Made by a program: the position numbers and the translations under genes
Part shown: in pieces, positions 12,701-25,900 of the stretch
Layout: each line of letters begins with the position of its first letter
Numbering within the stretch: the first letter of the stretch is position 1
Assembly (NCBI RefSeq): GCF_016432865.1
Contig: NC_067402.1
Location: forward strand, 104,470,001 to 104,534,000
Origin: Antechinus flavipes
Taxonomy: Eukaryota
Length of the DNA: 64,000 nt
Reading direction: 5' to 3'
Notes under the pieces: model-generated
Databases searched by the model: none
The model's input: only the letters and a program-made list of their open reading frames with translations
What the model was told of the DNA's origin: nothing

Positions 12701-15700
12701 TGAAACTGAGTGGATGCCCATCAGTTGGAGAATGGCTGAATAAGTTATGGTATATAAATGTTATGGGATATTATTGTTCTGTAAAAAACAATCAGCAGAA
12801 TGATTTTAGAAAAGCCTGGAAAGACTTATATGAAGTGATGCAAAGTGAAATGAGCACAACCAGGAGATCATTATACATGGCAACAACAAGATTATATCAT
12901 GATCAATTTTGATGGACGTGGCTCTTTCCAACAATGAGATGATTCAGACCAGTTCCTATGATCCTGTGATGATGAGAGCCATCTGAACTTAGAGAGAGAA
13001 CTGTGGAAACAGAGGGTGGATCACAACATAGCATTTTCACTCTTTTTGTTGTAGTTTGCTTGAACTTTATTTTCTTTCTCATTTTTTCCTTTTTGATCTG
13101 CTTTTTCTTGGATGTTATGATAATTATATAAATATGTATGCTTATATTGGATTGAACATATATTTTAACATGTTTAATATATTGGATTACTTGCCATCTA
13201 GAGGAAGGGGTGGGAGGAAGGGGAGAAAATTGGAACACAAGGTTTTTCAAGGGTCAATGTTGAAAAATTATCTTTGCATATGTTTTGAAAATAAAAAACT
13301 TCAATAATAAATAAAATTCTTCATATCCTTTGACAATTTATCAATTGGGGAATGACTTGTATTCTTATATTTTTGAATCAATTCTCTAGATATTTTAGAA
13401 ATGAGAGCTTTATCAGAAACACTGAATGTAAAATTTCCCCCCAGCTTTCTGCTTCTCTTCTAATCTTGGCTGCATTGGTTTTGTTTGTGCAAAATCTTTT
13501 AAATTTAATGAAATCAAAATTATCCATTCTGCATTTCATAATGTTCTTTAGTTCTTCTTTGTCCATAATGTATAAGTGTTTTTAAAAGAAGGATTTTTCA
13601 GAATTCCTTGTAGCTTATTTTCCTACCACCAGCAAGGCATTAGTATGCCTCCATAGGTTTTAATTCTATACCCCGCCCCCCACCCAAGTACTTTCTTATC
13701 TACAACGTAATTTTATTTTCTCGGCATCCATAGATTTTAATTCTATACCCCACCCCCCACCCAAGTACTTTCTTATCTACAATGTAATTTTATTTTCTTG
13801 GCATCCTTTGTGATCTCTCACCATCTCATACACTTTGAGCTACAGAGGGCTAGAGCTGATTCTTCTATTTTCTAGTTCTCCTCTGATGCCTCAACCTCAT
13901 TTGATTTGGAGGGTTACATCAGGTTTCCTTTAAGATGGTGCCCACAGATATAAGGTCTGACAGGTACTAATAAGGTAGAAAGACCTCAAGTGTGGGCTCT
14001 ATGATTGAGTTTGTCATTCTTAAATTTACAAATGTTTCTTGACAGGTTGGCCACAGGATGATGGAATTTTTTGGCTAAAGCAACTCTCAAAACCTATTTC
14101 TCAGCTCATAGAGAGTTTGCAGTAGAAAGAGAATGAAACCATAGATTGTTTGGATGAGGAAATTTTATTTATTAATTTATTATTAAGGCTTTTTATTTTC
14201 AAAACATATGCATGAATAATTTTTCAACATTGACTCTTGCAAAACCTTGCATTTCAAATTTTCCTCTCTTTCCCTCCACCCCCTCCTCTATATGGCAAAT
14301 AATCCAATATATGTTAAACATGTTAAAATGTATGTTAAATCCAATATATGTATACATATTTATACAATTATTTTGCTGCACAAGAAAAATCAGATCAAAA
14401 AGGAAAAAATTGAGAAAGAAAACAAAATGCAAACAAACAACAACAAAAAGAGTGAAAATGCTGCGTTGTGATGGATGAGGAAATTGAGATTCAAGAAGTT
14501 CACCTGATAGACAAAATGGCAGAGTAATTCAATGGCAGAATATCAGATTATGACCTAGATCTCCTGATTCCTCTGTCCAGTATGTCAGGTTATCATGCTG
14601 TTGATTACTATCGACAGATAGTTTGAGATAGAATCTCAAACCTACCATGGACATCACTGATAATTGGATTGCTTATGTTGATAAAATTTTCAGATCTTTG
14701 AGAAAGAAATGCTATAATTAATTAAGCACCATTGATTTCTATTGCCTTTAACCTTTTTTATTTTTCATCAATTAGGTTTTCTGGCTTGCTGGCTCCCTGC
14801 TAATCATTGGGTTGGCATCAGTGGTCAATCCAACCATTGGCTGGCGCTGGCTTATTCGTATTGCCTCTATCCCTGGCATCATACTCATTCTGGCCTTCAA
14901 GGTGAGAGTGGCTGTCTAGGTCACTGCTGTTATCAGACCAGCTACTTTATTATCCTCACACACATTTCTCATTCTTAACTTTACTCATGCTTTACTATCC
15001 TTCACATACCTAAAATGCTATGCTTTTTCTCCCGTTCTTTCATATTTACTGCCTCCTTTAAGTTAGGATTCAATATTGTTTCCCTTAGAAGTCTTCTCTG
15101 ATTAGCTATACCTTGTTCTAGTACCTCTCTAATAAATCTCAGCTTTGTACTTATTATCCACATTTCTTGACTATGTAGATTTAGTTAAAAGAGATAACCA
15201 TAGAGTTAAAACTACAAGGAAGCTTAGAAGCCATCTAGTCCAAGTCTTTCATCTCACAGATGAGGAAAGTGAGTTCCAAAAGAATGATCTGGAATGGAAA
15301 AAGTGCAAAAGACTTTTTCCAGAAGATGAGATTTAGTTGGGAGTTGAAGTTATAGAGGTCACAAGATGGAGATGAGATAATTTTGTGCATGAAGGACAGT
15401 CAATAAAAATGCTTGGAGTAAGGAAATGGAATGTTTTGCTTGAGGAATGATAAAGATGCAAACGTCACTGGATGGAAGATTATATAAGTAGGGTGCAATT
15501 ATGTATAAGAAGAGTGGAAATATAGAAGGGCTTTGAACATCAAACTCAAGATTTTATGTTTGAAATTCTGTCAATAATTGAGAGGGAGACACTGGAGTTA
15601 ATTAAATTGGAGGTGGGGGGAGAAGCATTTTAGGAAAATTACTTTGGTGTATGAGTGGAGGGTAGATTGGAATGTGTAATATGTAGCATAAAGATTAACT

Positions 15701-16865
15701 AGAAAGATATTACAATAGTCTAAATATGAGGAGATGAAGGAGATGTATACTATGGAGGAAACAATATCAAAAAGAGAAGGGAGCATATTTGAAAGATGCT
15801 ACAAAGGAAAAGTTGATGGGAATTGACAACCAATGGGATATGAGGATTTCAAAGATAACAAAGAGATTAGAATGATTCCTAGATGGCAAGCCTGGGGGAC
15901 TGGAAAGATGATGGTGCCTTTGGTAGTAAAGCAAAAATTTGGTAGGAAGTAGGGTTTGGAATGAAGGATTATGAATTCTCTTTTAAACAGAATTTGACAT
16001 CTACAGAACATCTAGTTAGAGATTTCTAATCGGCAGTTGGAGACATGAGACTGGAGGTCAGCAGAGAAGATTAAGTCTGAACAAGTAGATTTGAGATAAT
16101 GGGATTTTTGGAATCTGATAAGATCATCAAGAAATAGTGAAATGCATTGTTAACATCCAGTAAAAGGAGGCTTGACAATGGTCAGATAAGTAGATAGAAA
16201 ACCAGGAAGGTAATGTTATGGAAATCTAGAGAAGACTATGTCTGGAAGAGGATTATTGTCAAAAGCTACAGTTGGTCAAGAAGTATCAAGATAGCCACTG
16301 GGCTTGACAATTAAGAGATCATTGGTAACTTTGGGGAGAATTGATTTAGTTTAAAAAAAAAATGAGGTGGAAATCCAGACCGGAGAGAATTAAGATGAGA
16401 TTGAAAGGAAAGAACATGGAGGCTTCTATTATTCACAGAAAGTTTAGCAATAATTCTCAGCAATACAATGATCTAAGACAATCCCAAAGGACTAATGATG
16501 AAATATAGTCCATCTCCGGAGAAAAGACTGATATTGTTTGAATACAGACTGAAGTATGCTATTTTTCACTTTCTTTCTTTCATTCTTTTTCTTTTATTTG
16601 AGTCTTCTTGTACAAAATGATTAATATGAAAATGTTCTACACGATTTCACTTATATAGCCTATATGTGATTACTTATTGTCTTAAGGAGGGTGAGACAAG
16701 GGAGAGGGGGAGGAATAGAATTTGAAACTCAAAACTTTTTTTAAAATGTTAAAAAAAAGTTGTTGAATTTGTAATTGTGGGAAAAATAAAATGTTATTTA
16801 AAAAGTTCAGTAACAAAAGGCATGAAAGATATGGGATGATAGTAAGTGGGGATGAATGGATTAAG

Positions 16866-16907
<42 letters not shown>

Positions 16908-19900
16908 AGGATGGAGGATATATGGCAATGTCTGTGGGGAAGTAGCCAATAGACAGGGAGAGATGGAAGTTAAATAAAGATGATGGTGAAGGATGGGAGG
17001 AGTAATTGGGTAGAGCAGACGGGATGGAATAGGATTCCTTGTGCATGCAGAGGGGTTGGCCTTGGGGTGAGGGACAAGATAGTGTCAGAAAGCATCTGAG
17101 TGACATAAGGTAAGGAGGAAGGGAAAAAAGGGTACTCGACTAAAGAAATAATTTTTCCCCAACAAAATATGAAGAAAAGCATTATCCTTCTATATGAGAT
17201 AAATTTAAAAAATATTTTAAGTCATTCTCCTTCAAGCCTCCTTTTTTCAAAGTCAATGAGAAAAAAGTCATCTGTTTGAAGATGTTTTTAGCATCATTGT
17301 TTGTCATTAAAAAACAACTTTGAATCAATTTAAATAAATGGCTCAATTAATTGTGGCATATTGAGGTAATAAAATACAAGAATACAAATGAGACAACAAA
17401 AATGAGATATGTCAACTGGTGTGGAAAAATCTGTAAAATAATGTGAAGTACAGGAAGCCAAAACTGGATAGTGTCTACATTGTTTAGACAGAAAAAATGG
17501 CTGAAGAAAGTGGAAAGAAATTGGAATAACAGATTAATTGATATGGCTATTTTTATATATTTAGATTCATTTTCAAAAGTAATAATTATAAATGCAAATA
17601 GTGATTTTTAAAGTAATTTTCAGCGTTTAGAAAAATAAATACACCTTAAACATCCTCACATCACTGGTTCCTTCAGCCATTCTTCATATGACACGGTTTC
17701 TAAATTTGTAAGCATCTTTCTCACCTTACTTTGATGTAAGAGGAATGAACAGCTCATTAGTGCTGAAAATGTAGGGCCCAAATTTGAACTTGCACTCCAG
17801 ATGTGATGTAATATGTACCAAGCACAAAGGGACTATCATTTCCCATGAATGAGATGCTAGGTGTGTGCTAATCAGTCTAAGATATCATTAACTCTTTGTA
17901 ATGGCCACACCATGATGTTGATTCATAATGAGCCTTCTGTCTAGTGAAATTCCAGGTAGTTCTCACATATGAGCTGATCCCAAGTCAGGTATCCTCCGTC
18001 CTCAGCATGCACAATTGAATTTTTAAAGCCCAAATTGTTTAAAACCCAAAATTGTTTATTTTCATTGCAGTTGATCTTTCTGGCTTCAGCCCAACATTAC
18101 AGCCTATTGAGGTCATATTCAATAAAGCTTACTGCTGTTGTTTAATGTAATAGTTATCCCTGCCAGGCTTATGCCATCTGGAAATTTGATTTGCCCTCCT
18201 ATATGCCTTTCTCTAGCTATTATTATTATTCTGTATCAGGAAACTTCTTAATGGAAAAGATCCACAAAAGACGCTTTAGTGACTTGAAAGAGAAAGTTCA
18301 TTGTAGATGGGGAAAACAGTCCTATTTCTTATGATGTAAAACAGATGGAAGTTGGATGATGACCTTTTCTCATTACAACATGTCTATCGACAGTTCATTC
18401 CTGAATCAGCTCGATTTAATGTCTCTACTGGGAACACCCAGGCTGCTGTGGCTACTTTGGAGCGCATTGCCCGAATAAACCGATCAGTCATGCCAGAGGG
18501 AAAGCTGGTGGAATCTGCCTCGGTATGCATTCAAACTCAGGGTCTTCTCATGGGAGTTTTCATTTTTGGATCCTTTGGATCATTTAAGAGGTGATTGGTA
18601 GAGTCTTTCAATTTCTACTTTACCGTCCTGGATTTAAGATATTCAAGCAGTTTTCCTTGATAGTTTTTTGAAATATTATGTCTAACCTGTTGTTGTTATG
18701 GCTTTCAGGTGATTCAATAATTTTTTTTGCTTGTATTGGTTTATTTCTGACCATCTTTAAAGTGTGTGTGTGTGTGTGTGTGTGTGTGTATTATATTTTG
18801 GAAAGTGGTAGTAATGAGCATTTTCTTAATTTCATCCTATTTATTGGATAGAGTTAAAAAACCTTATAAGTTTGACTTAAACAACTTCATCAAAAACTAC
18901 AATTAAGTATGAGACAGGTCCTTTAAAAACATAGTCAAGCAGATTTCCTTAGAAAAATACATACTCATTCTGATGGAAGTGGATATCTTCGACAAATAGA
19001 AGATCTAACTCAGTTCCAATTGATCAATGATGGACAGAAACAGCTACACCCAGAGAAGGAACACTGGGAAATGAGTGTAAACTATTTGCATTTTTGTTTT
19101 TCTTCCCAGGCTATTTTTACTTTCTGAATCCAATTCTCCCTGTGTAACAAGAGAACTGTTTGGTTCTGCACACATATATTGTATCTAGGATATACTATAG
19201 CATATTTAACATGTATAAAACTGCTTGCCATCTAGGGGAAGAGGGGGAGGGAAGGGAAAACTCAGAACAGAAGTGAGTGCAAGGGATAATGTTGTAAAAA
19301 ATTATCCAGGCATATGTTCTGTCAATAAAAAGTTATAATAAAAAAAAAGAAAAATATATACTCACATTCACATCTAGAAAGAAGGCTATGAGAACTGAAT
19401 GTGGATCACAACATAGAACTTTTTATTGTTGTTTGCTTGCCCTTTTGCTTTCTTATTTTTTTTTCTTTTTGATCTGATTTTTCCTTGTGCAGCACGACAA
19501 ATGTGGAAACATGTACAGAAGAAGTGAACATATTTAACATATTTTGGACCACCTGCTGTCCAAGGGAGGGACTGGGGAAAGGGGAGGGAGAAAAATTTGG
19601 AACACAAGTTCTGGCAAGGGTAAATGTTGAAAACTATCTTTGCATGCATTTTGAAATAATATTAAAAAATAATTTCTTGGGAAAAAAAAGAAAAATACAT
19701 GCTCAGAAGAAGTTTTTTCCCCATATGGTAATAGGTCAAAATGGTTCCTAAATATAAAACTATAGGCAGGTAGGTGACATAGGATAGAATGCTGAACCTA
19801 GAGTTAGAAAAACTCATCTTCCAAATTTCAAATCTAACCTCAGAGCTTGGGCAAGTCACTTAATCCTGTTTGCTTTAGTTGCTCATTTGTAAAATGAGCT

Positions 19901-22900
19901 GGAGAGAAAGATATGACAAACCACTCCAATATCTCTGCCATGAAAACTCTAAATTGAGTGAAGAAAAGTTGGAGATGATTTAACAATAAACAGAATTATA
20001 CTGATGCTTCCACTTATTGTAACACAATAATTCTTCAACCATAATGTTGCATGTAGATGTCCACATACCATACAATACTTTAAATAAATAAATCTGATGG
20101 CCAGATGCTATTTTAGTACAGTGAAATAGATATGACATTTAGTAACCTCCAAATCACTATAAATTTCTTAAACAAATAACATCCAGCAATATCACAATAA
20201 TTTTTTACACCATTAAAAGTTTAAATTTAAAGAAGTCTAAACAATTAGTTTTACCTTCATGAAAAAATGGCATGTTAAAATAAGGGAAAATTTTCTGGGA
20301 AAGAAAGAACAAATGAATGGTAGACTAAATATAAAAGCTTAAAGGGCAAGTTGGTTATTTTTGGAGAAATTATAACAATTAAAATATGATTTGCCTTTTT
20401 CATCAACCTTTGAGGCATTTAATACTTGCATATTAAGTCTTTTTTTCCTAATAATCCATTAATTCTTAAATTATCTCTCCATCTATTTTCCAAGTATCTT
20501 ATTTTTCCAATGACATATTTCACATTTTCTTCTTTTTGTTTTAATCTTTCCAAATTTGTTTTAATTTTTTTTGCTGTCTTATGGAATTATCTTCTACTTG
20601 CCCAATTTTAATTTTTAAGGAATTTTTTTCAGTGAGCTTATCTTTTTTTATTTGACCAATTCTGTTTTTTTAAAAATTATTTTTCTTCAGTGAATTTTTA
20701 TACTTCCTTTTCCATATTCCCTATTCTGCTTTGTAAGGAATTCTTTTCATCAGTGAATTTTTGTGCTTTTTTCCTTTAAACCATTAGATCAAATCTGTTT
20801 TTGAAGGTGTTATTTTCTTCAGGTTTTTTTTTTTTTTTTTTTGGATTTTTAACCAAATTGTTAATTCTCTTTTTATAATTTTCTTGCATCACTTTTATTT
20901 CTTTTCCCAATCTTTCCTCTATTATTCTTATCTCTTTCAGTCTTCCAAGAATTCTTGTTGATCTTTGATCCAATTAGCATTCCTCCCCCTCCCCATCTGT
21001 AACTGTTTTTAGTGTTGTCTTCTTCTAAGTTTGTCTTGACTTTCCTTGTCACTATATTTTTATACTCAAATTTCTTTTTTTCTGGTTTGCACATCTTCCA
21101 GCTTATTTGTTGGCTTTTGACTTTATGTTAAAATTGGGCTCTACTTACCTTGGGATGGAGAAGCAGTGTTCCAAGCTTTTCCCATGCTTTTGTTTTCAAA
21201 GCTATTTCTGAGGGTTTGAAAGTTTTGGGTGGTGTGATTTTAGGGGAGGTATAATTTCTGATCTCCTGGTCAGAATTTTGGTTCAGGAAGAGATGCTAGT
21301 GTCCTTCAGCCACAAATATGGTGTCTTTGCCTTGGAATTTGCGACCAAGGCTACTACTCCCTTCTGACTAACCTGTGTTCCTCTCTGCTTTGGAACTTTA
21401 TATGGACAATAGTTACTAATCAGTGCCAACTGTACCCAACAAAGAGACCCTTGTATTCTCTTTCCGACCAGTTTTCTGGCCCCCTCACCATCTCTAGGCT
21501 AAGAGGTCCTGAAGTAGACTTTAACTCTGGTGTCAAACTTGCCAATCTCTTAAGTTTAATTCTTAAGTTGGAAAAATAGCTCATCCTGACTTTTCGTTGT
21601 CTCTGCTATTTGCAAAATTTGATTTGAGGTGTTATTTTAAAGTTGTTTGGAGGGTAATGTTGGGAGACTTTCAATGGTTGCCTCTAATCTGCTATCTTAG
21701 CTCTATCCCCCAAACCTTCTGTGAATATTACATTTTGCAAAACAGTAAAACAGATCAAAAGGTCAGATTTGGGGACATTGCCCTATTAAGAGATGCCAAA
21801 TTCACAGCTGGACTTTTCCCTGCTCTATCAAATTACACACTTTTGTGCATCCTATAACTATTTCTGTGGACTTAAAATAATTGACTATAGGTGAGTATAG
21901 GCTTACCATCTTGCTGGGCAGATCATGTCCTTTGGATATATATGGTCTTGTAGGGCCAAATGTCAAGTCTACTACATTATTGCCCTCATCTCTTCCTCAG
22001 GAACCAAATTAAATTTTAATTGGGGAATATTTAACAAAATAAAGAAAGTCAAAATAGAGCATAGATAATGGGTAATATATGGTTTTCTAAATCAGATTAT
22101 GGCACAGGGATCCTTATGTATGGTTAAGTGGTCTCCAGGTTTTATACTACTGATGTAGAGTATGTTTCTTTTCCTGTACTGTTGCAATCCTATAATATGA
22201 GAGTAGTCCATGCTTTACAATACTAGGGTTATTCTAGGGCTGGTCTGTGCTCAAAGCTTACATCACTATATTCTTAGGAATATCCACAAACCAAGTAGGA
22301 TTGAGTAGTATGTCAGTTAACAAGCCATAGGAGTCCATGTGAGAGGCTTGTTTTGGGATATCAAGGACTTATGACTTCTATCAAAACAACCCAAGACTTA
22401 CCTGTAGCTTTAGAAACAGAGTAAGTTGTTGGAGATAAAGTAATTTAGGTTCATGCACCTATTGTCTGAGGCAGAATTTGAATTCAGTCTTTCTAAATCT
22501 GACCTATTAGTCTTCTTTGATAATTGAAGGAAATTGCATGGGAAGAGAGGGAATTAACATTACCTCTTTGTTGCTTCCAATATCTGTTAACCCCATTCCC
22601 CTTCTGGAGAAGGCAGTGGGTACTACTGCCTTATGTGGTATGGTTTCAGGAATACCAGGAAGCCACATTGCAAGAAATATTCTTTCATTCTGAATGGTTT
22701 TTTGAAGTCTGACCATTGGCCATCCATCCCTTTACCTAGAGACTTTCTTTTTTAAAAATAGCTTTCTATTTTTTCATATATGTGCAAAGATAGTTTAACC
22801 TTTGCAAAATCTTGTGTTTCAAATTTTTCTCCCTCCCCCCTTCTTCCTCTAGACACAAAGCAATCCAATATAGATTAAACTTGTACAATTCTTCTAAAAA

Positions 22901-25900
22901 TATTTCCACATTTGTCATGCTGCAAAAGAAAAATCAGAGCAAAAGTAGAAAAAAAAACATGAGAAAGGAAACAAACGACAACAACAAAAAGGTGAAAAAA
23001 CTTATATTTTGATTCACAGTCTCCATAATTCTCTTTGGATGTAGATGGCACTTTTCATCACAAGTACATTGGAATTGCCTTGAATCACCTCATTGTTGAG
23101 CCAAGGAGGACTAGTATTTTCAACCCCATCCATCATGTATTTCTAAGCTGTAGAAATTTTGGATCATTTTTTAGAAAAGACATTTAGAAGCAGAAAGAAG
23201 TACATTGAGTGCCTGAGAGAGATGGATGGCACCAAGGAAAAGAGAATAGAACAGAAAATCTGAGACAATCAAAGACCAATTTTACCAGATTCATAATGTA
23301 ATCCTTGTGTCTGAGACAATCAAAGACCAATTTTACCAGATTCATAATGTAATCCTTGTGTCCAAGTCTTCCTCCTGACTGAAGATTCTCAGTGTTTTAA
23401 AGAGAATTTTCACCTCTCTGATTCATTGGTCCAAATAATTTGGAAAATATGCTGTTCAACAACCTTATCCCCCTCTGGTTGGAAATTTCTTTTTCAGGTA
23501 TTTGGACTGATAAGGCTCAAACCATGAATATTTATTTCTTTTCATTTATTTAATTTATATTTAATTTATTTTCAGAAAGATGGGTGTGTCGACTAAAATA
23601 AAGCCCAAAGCCAAAGGGTTGTTTTGTTGACAGATATGTGTGAATGTAATTATAATCACATACTGAGGTATAAAGGCACAAATATGGACCAGGAAGGTAG
23701 AGGAGATGGCTTTAATTAGCACTTGTTCTTGCTTAATTTCTTTTGCACATTGATTGAGGATCTTCTCAGTGGCATGGCCCTACTTTCCATATACCTTTGA
23801 TTTTTTAAAAAAACAGAACCCCAAAATTAGTTTGCACAGGTTGTTAAAAGAATAGATGCCACATTATGATAGAATACCTAGGTCTGGTATAAGAGATGAG
23901 AACCAAAAACTCATTACATGGCCCTCAATTGTAGAAGATGGTAGCTTAACAGGTGGGAACCAAGAGTCTTTTACATGGCCTTTAAAATCTAAGTTGTAGG
24001 AGATGGTGACAGAGAGAATAATGACCCTGAGTCTAGTGGAGATGAAATACCCAGCATAAATCTGCATAAAAACATCACTAGAACACCTTAGCAGACCTCT
24101 AATGCAGGGAATGTGGGAGTTTTCCTGGCCACACATATTTGTGTGTGTGTATATACAAATGCCTCTTCACACGTGTTCCTTGGCCAGAAGTATTCCCAAT
24201 ACCCATGACCTTCTATTCATATTTCCTGAGCCCATCACCTTCCCAGTGATGCTATCCTACCCTATAAGAAACTATATTCCAGGCACCTTATCTTGTCCCT
24301 TTATTAGTTAAATTATTTAATTAATGTCTTTTTGTTTAAAATGTGTATTCTGGCTAGTAAAAATAAATATGTGATTTATGAGCTATGCTTTTGAGTGAAT
24401 GTTGCCCCATGGGATGCTTTTAATATAGAGCAACTTTTTTGGGGGGCAATATCTGAATAAGGCATCCCTGGTATTTAGTATGTATTGGTTAAGTGAAATA
24501 TCTATAATTTATATCAAAACTCATAGAAAAGAATAATATTGATCAGTTCAATTGAGCCCAAGTAGGGCTCAAGCAGGATTGTCCTTCCATGTCAATGTAC
24601 TACTGTAAGATTGTCTGTCAAGAAAGCCTGGGCAAAGATCACTTCCCAGAATATTTTCTCTTCCCTGCACATTTGAAAATGGGAACCATATGAAGGTTTA
24701 TGCTGGACTCTGATCTTGGCAGGGTACAGAAAACATCAAATCTGATTTTCAGGGAGATAAGAGACAAGAAATCTTTCTTTTTCCTACTTCTCAGGAAAAT
24801 TTAGCATAGTGAGGACTGGCTTTTCCTTTAGCTAGATAGTTTGGTAGCTTTCAAGCATCTGTCTTCAGCACTCTTCTTGTGTTCTTGTTCAGAACCCCAC
24901 ATTGCTAGGATTACTGTTTGGATGTTGCCTTCTTCACACCTGTCTCTAATTTAATATTTCTCTTCCATTGTGTCAGGAAAAAAGAGGAAGATTTGCAGAC
25001 TTATTGGATGGCAAATACTTACGGACAACTTTGCAGATCTGGATCATATGGTAAAAACATTAAGACTTAAAAACTGAGTTTGTGTTGTTACTGTTTTGCA
25101 AGCTACTGGAAAGAAGTATTTATTAGATGGTACTGGGATCATAAGATTATATAGGCAGAAAGTAGGAAAGTCCTGAGGGCTGAGATTCAAGCCTTAGAGG
25201 TAAACTCAAAGCTCCTGATGAGTAAAGGTCATTTTTCCCTCTGTAGACCTCCTGAAATTCTCCTTAGATTGGGCTCCCTAAAGGGCCCTTTCCTCAGTAT
25301 ATCTAGCTTGTCTTTGGCTCCTGATACAAACAGATAGTGAGTTGTTTGGGGGAATGCTGCTAGGATATCTATGAGAAGTTCAAGTCTTGTAGACCTTTTG
25401 AAGTTCACAATGTCTTATTCTGGTCAAGTAGGTTGGATTTGTCCCTCTTACCCGCTAAGGGATTCCCTCTGGCAAACTTATTTAGTATTGATCTCTTCTC
25501 TAAACTGGCCTGATATTAGAATGTGGGGTCCAAACCGGTTTGTAATTTTATACAGTGCCTTCAATGAAGCAGCCAGGTGGTGTAGTGGCTATAAAGGCAG
25601 AGCTTGGAGTCAGAAAAACCGGAATTCAAATGCTGTCTCAGACACTATATTACGTTGTGATTCACATTAAGGCTAAATAATTCTCTCTCTGGATACAGAT
25701 GATTCTTTCCATCACAAGTCTATTGAAATTGGCCTGAATTGCCTTGCTTTTGAAAAGAGCCAAGTTCAATGGATAGAGATTTTGAAAGGAAGTTAGTGAT
25801 CATCTAATCTAAACTAATTGTTTTGTAGATGGAAAAACTGAGACTTTGAAGTGTCCATAGTCACACATGATTCGAAGCTAATTCATCTTACTCCAAACCC

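Larger units (their letters stand above)
11410..13570 (-). mobile_element. Antisense L1 (3' UTR plus ORF2 C-terminal remnant) hosting two later L1 insertions
   Basis: Continuous L1 sequence resumes at 12512 and again at about 13315 after each insert. Confidence 0.85.

Noticed and set aside
16495-16552. Box C/D-like pair (ATGATGA...CTGA)
   Set aside because: It lies within ordinary L1 3' sequence and has no terminal stem, so it is not a snoRNA.
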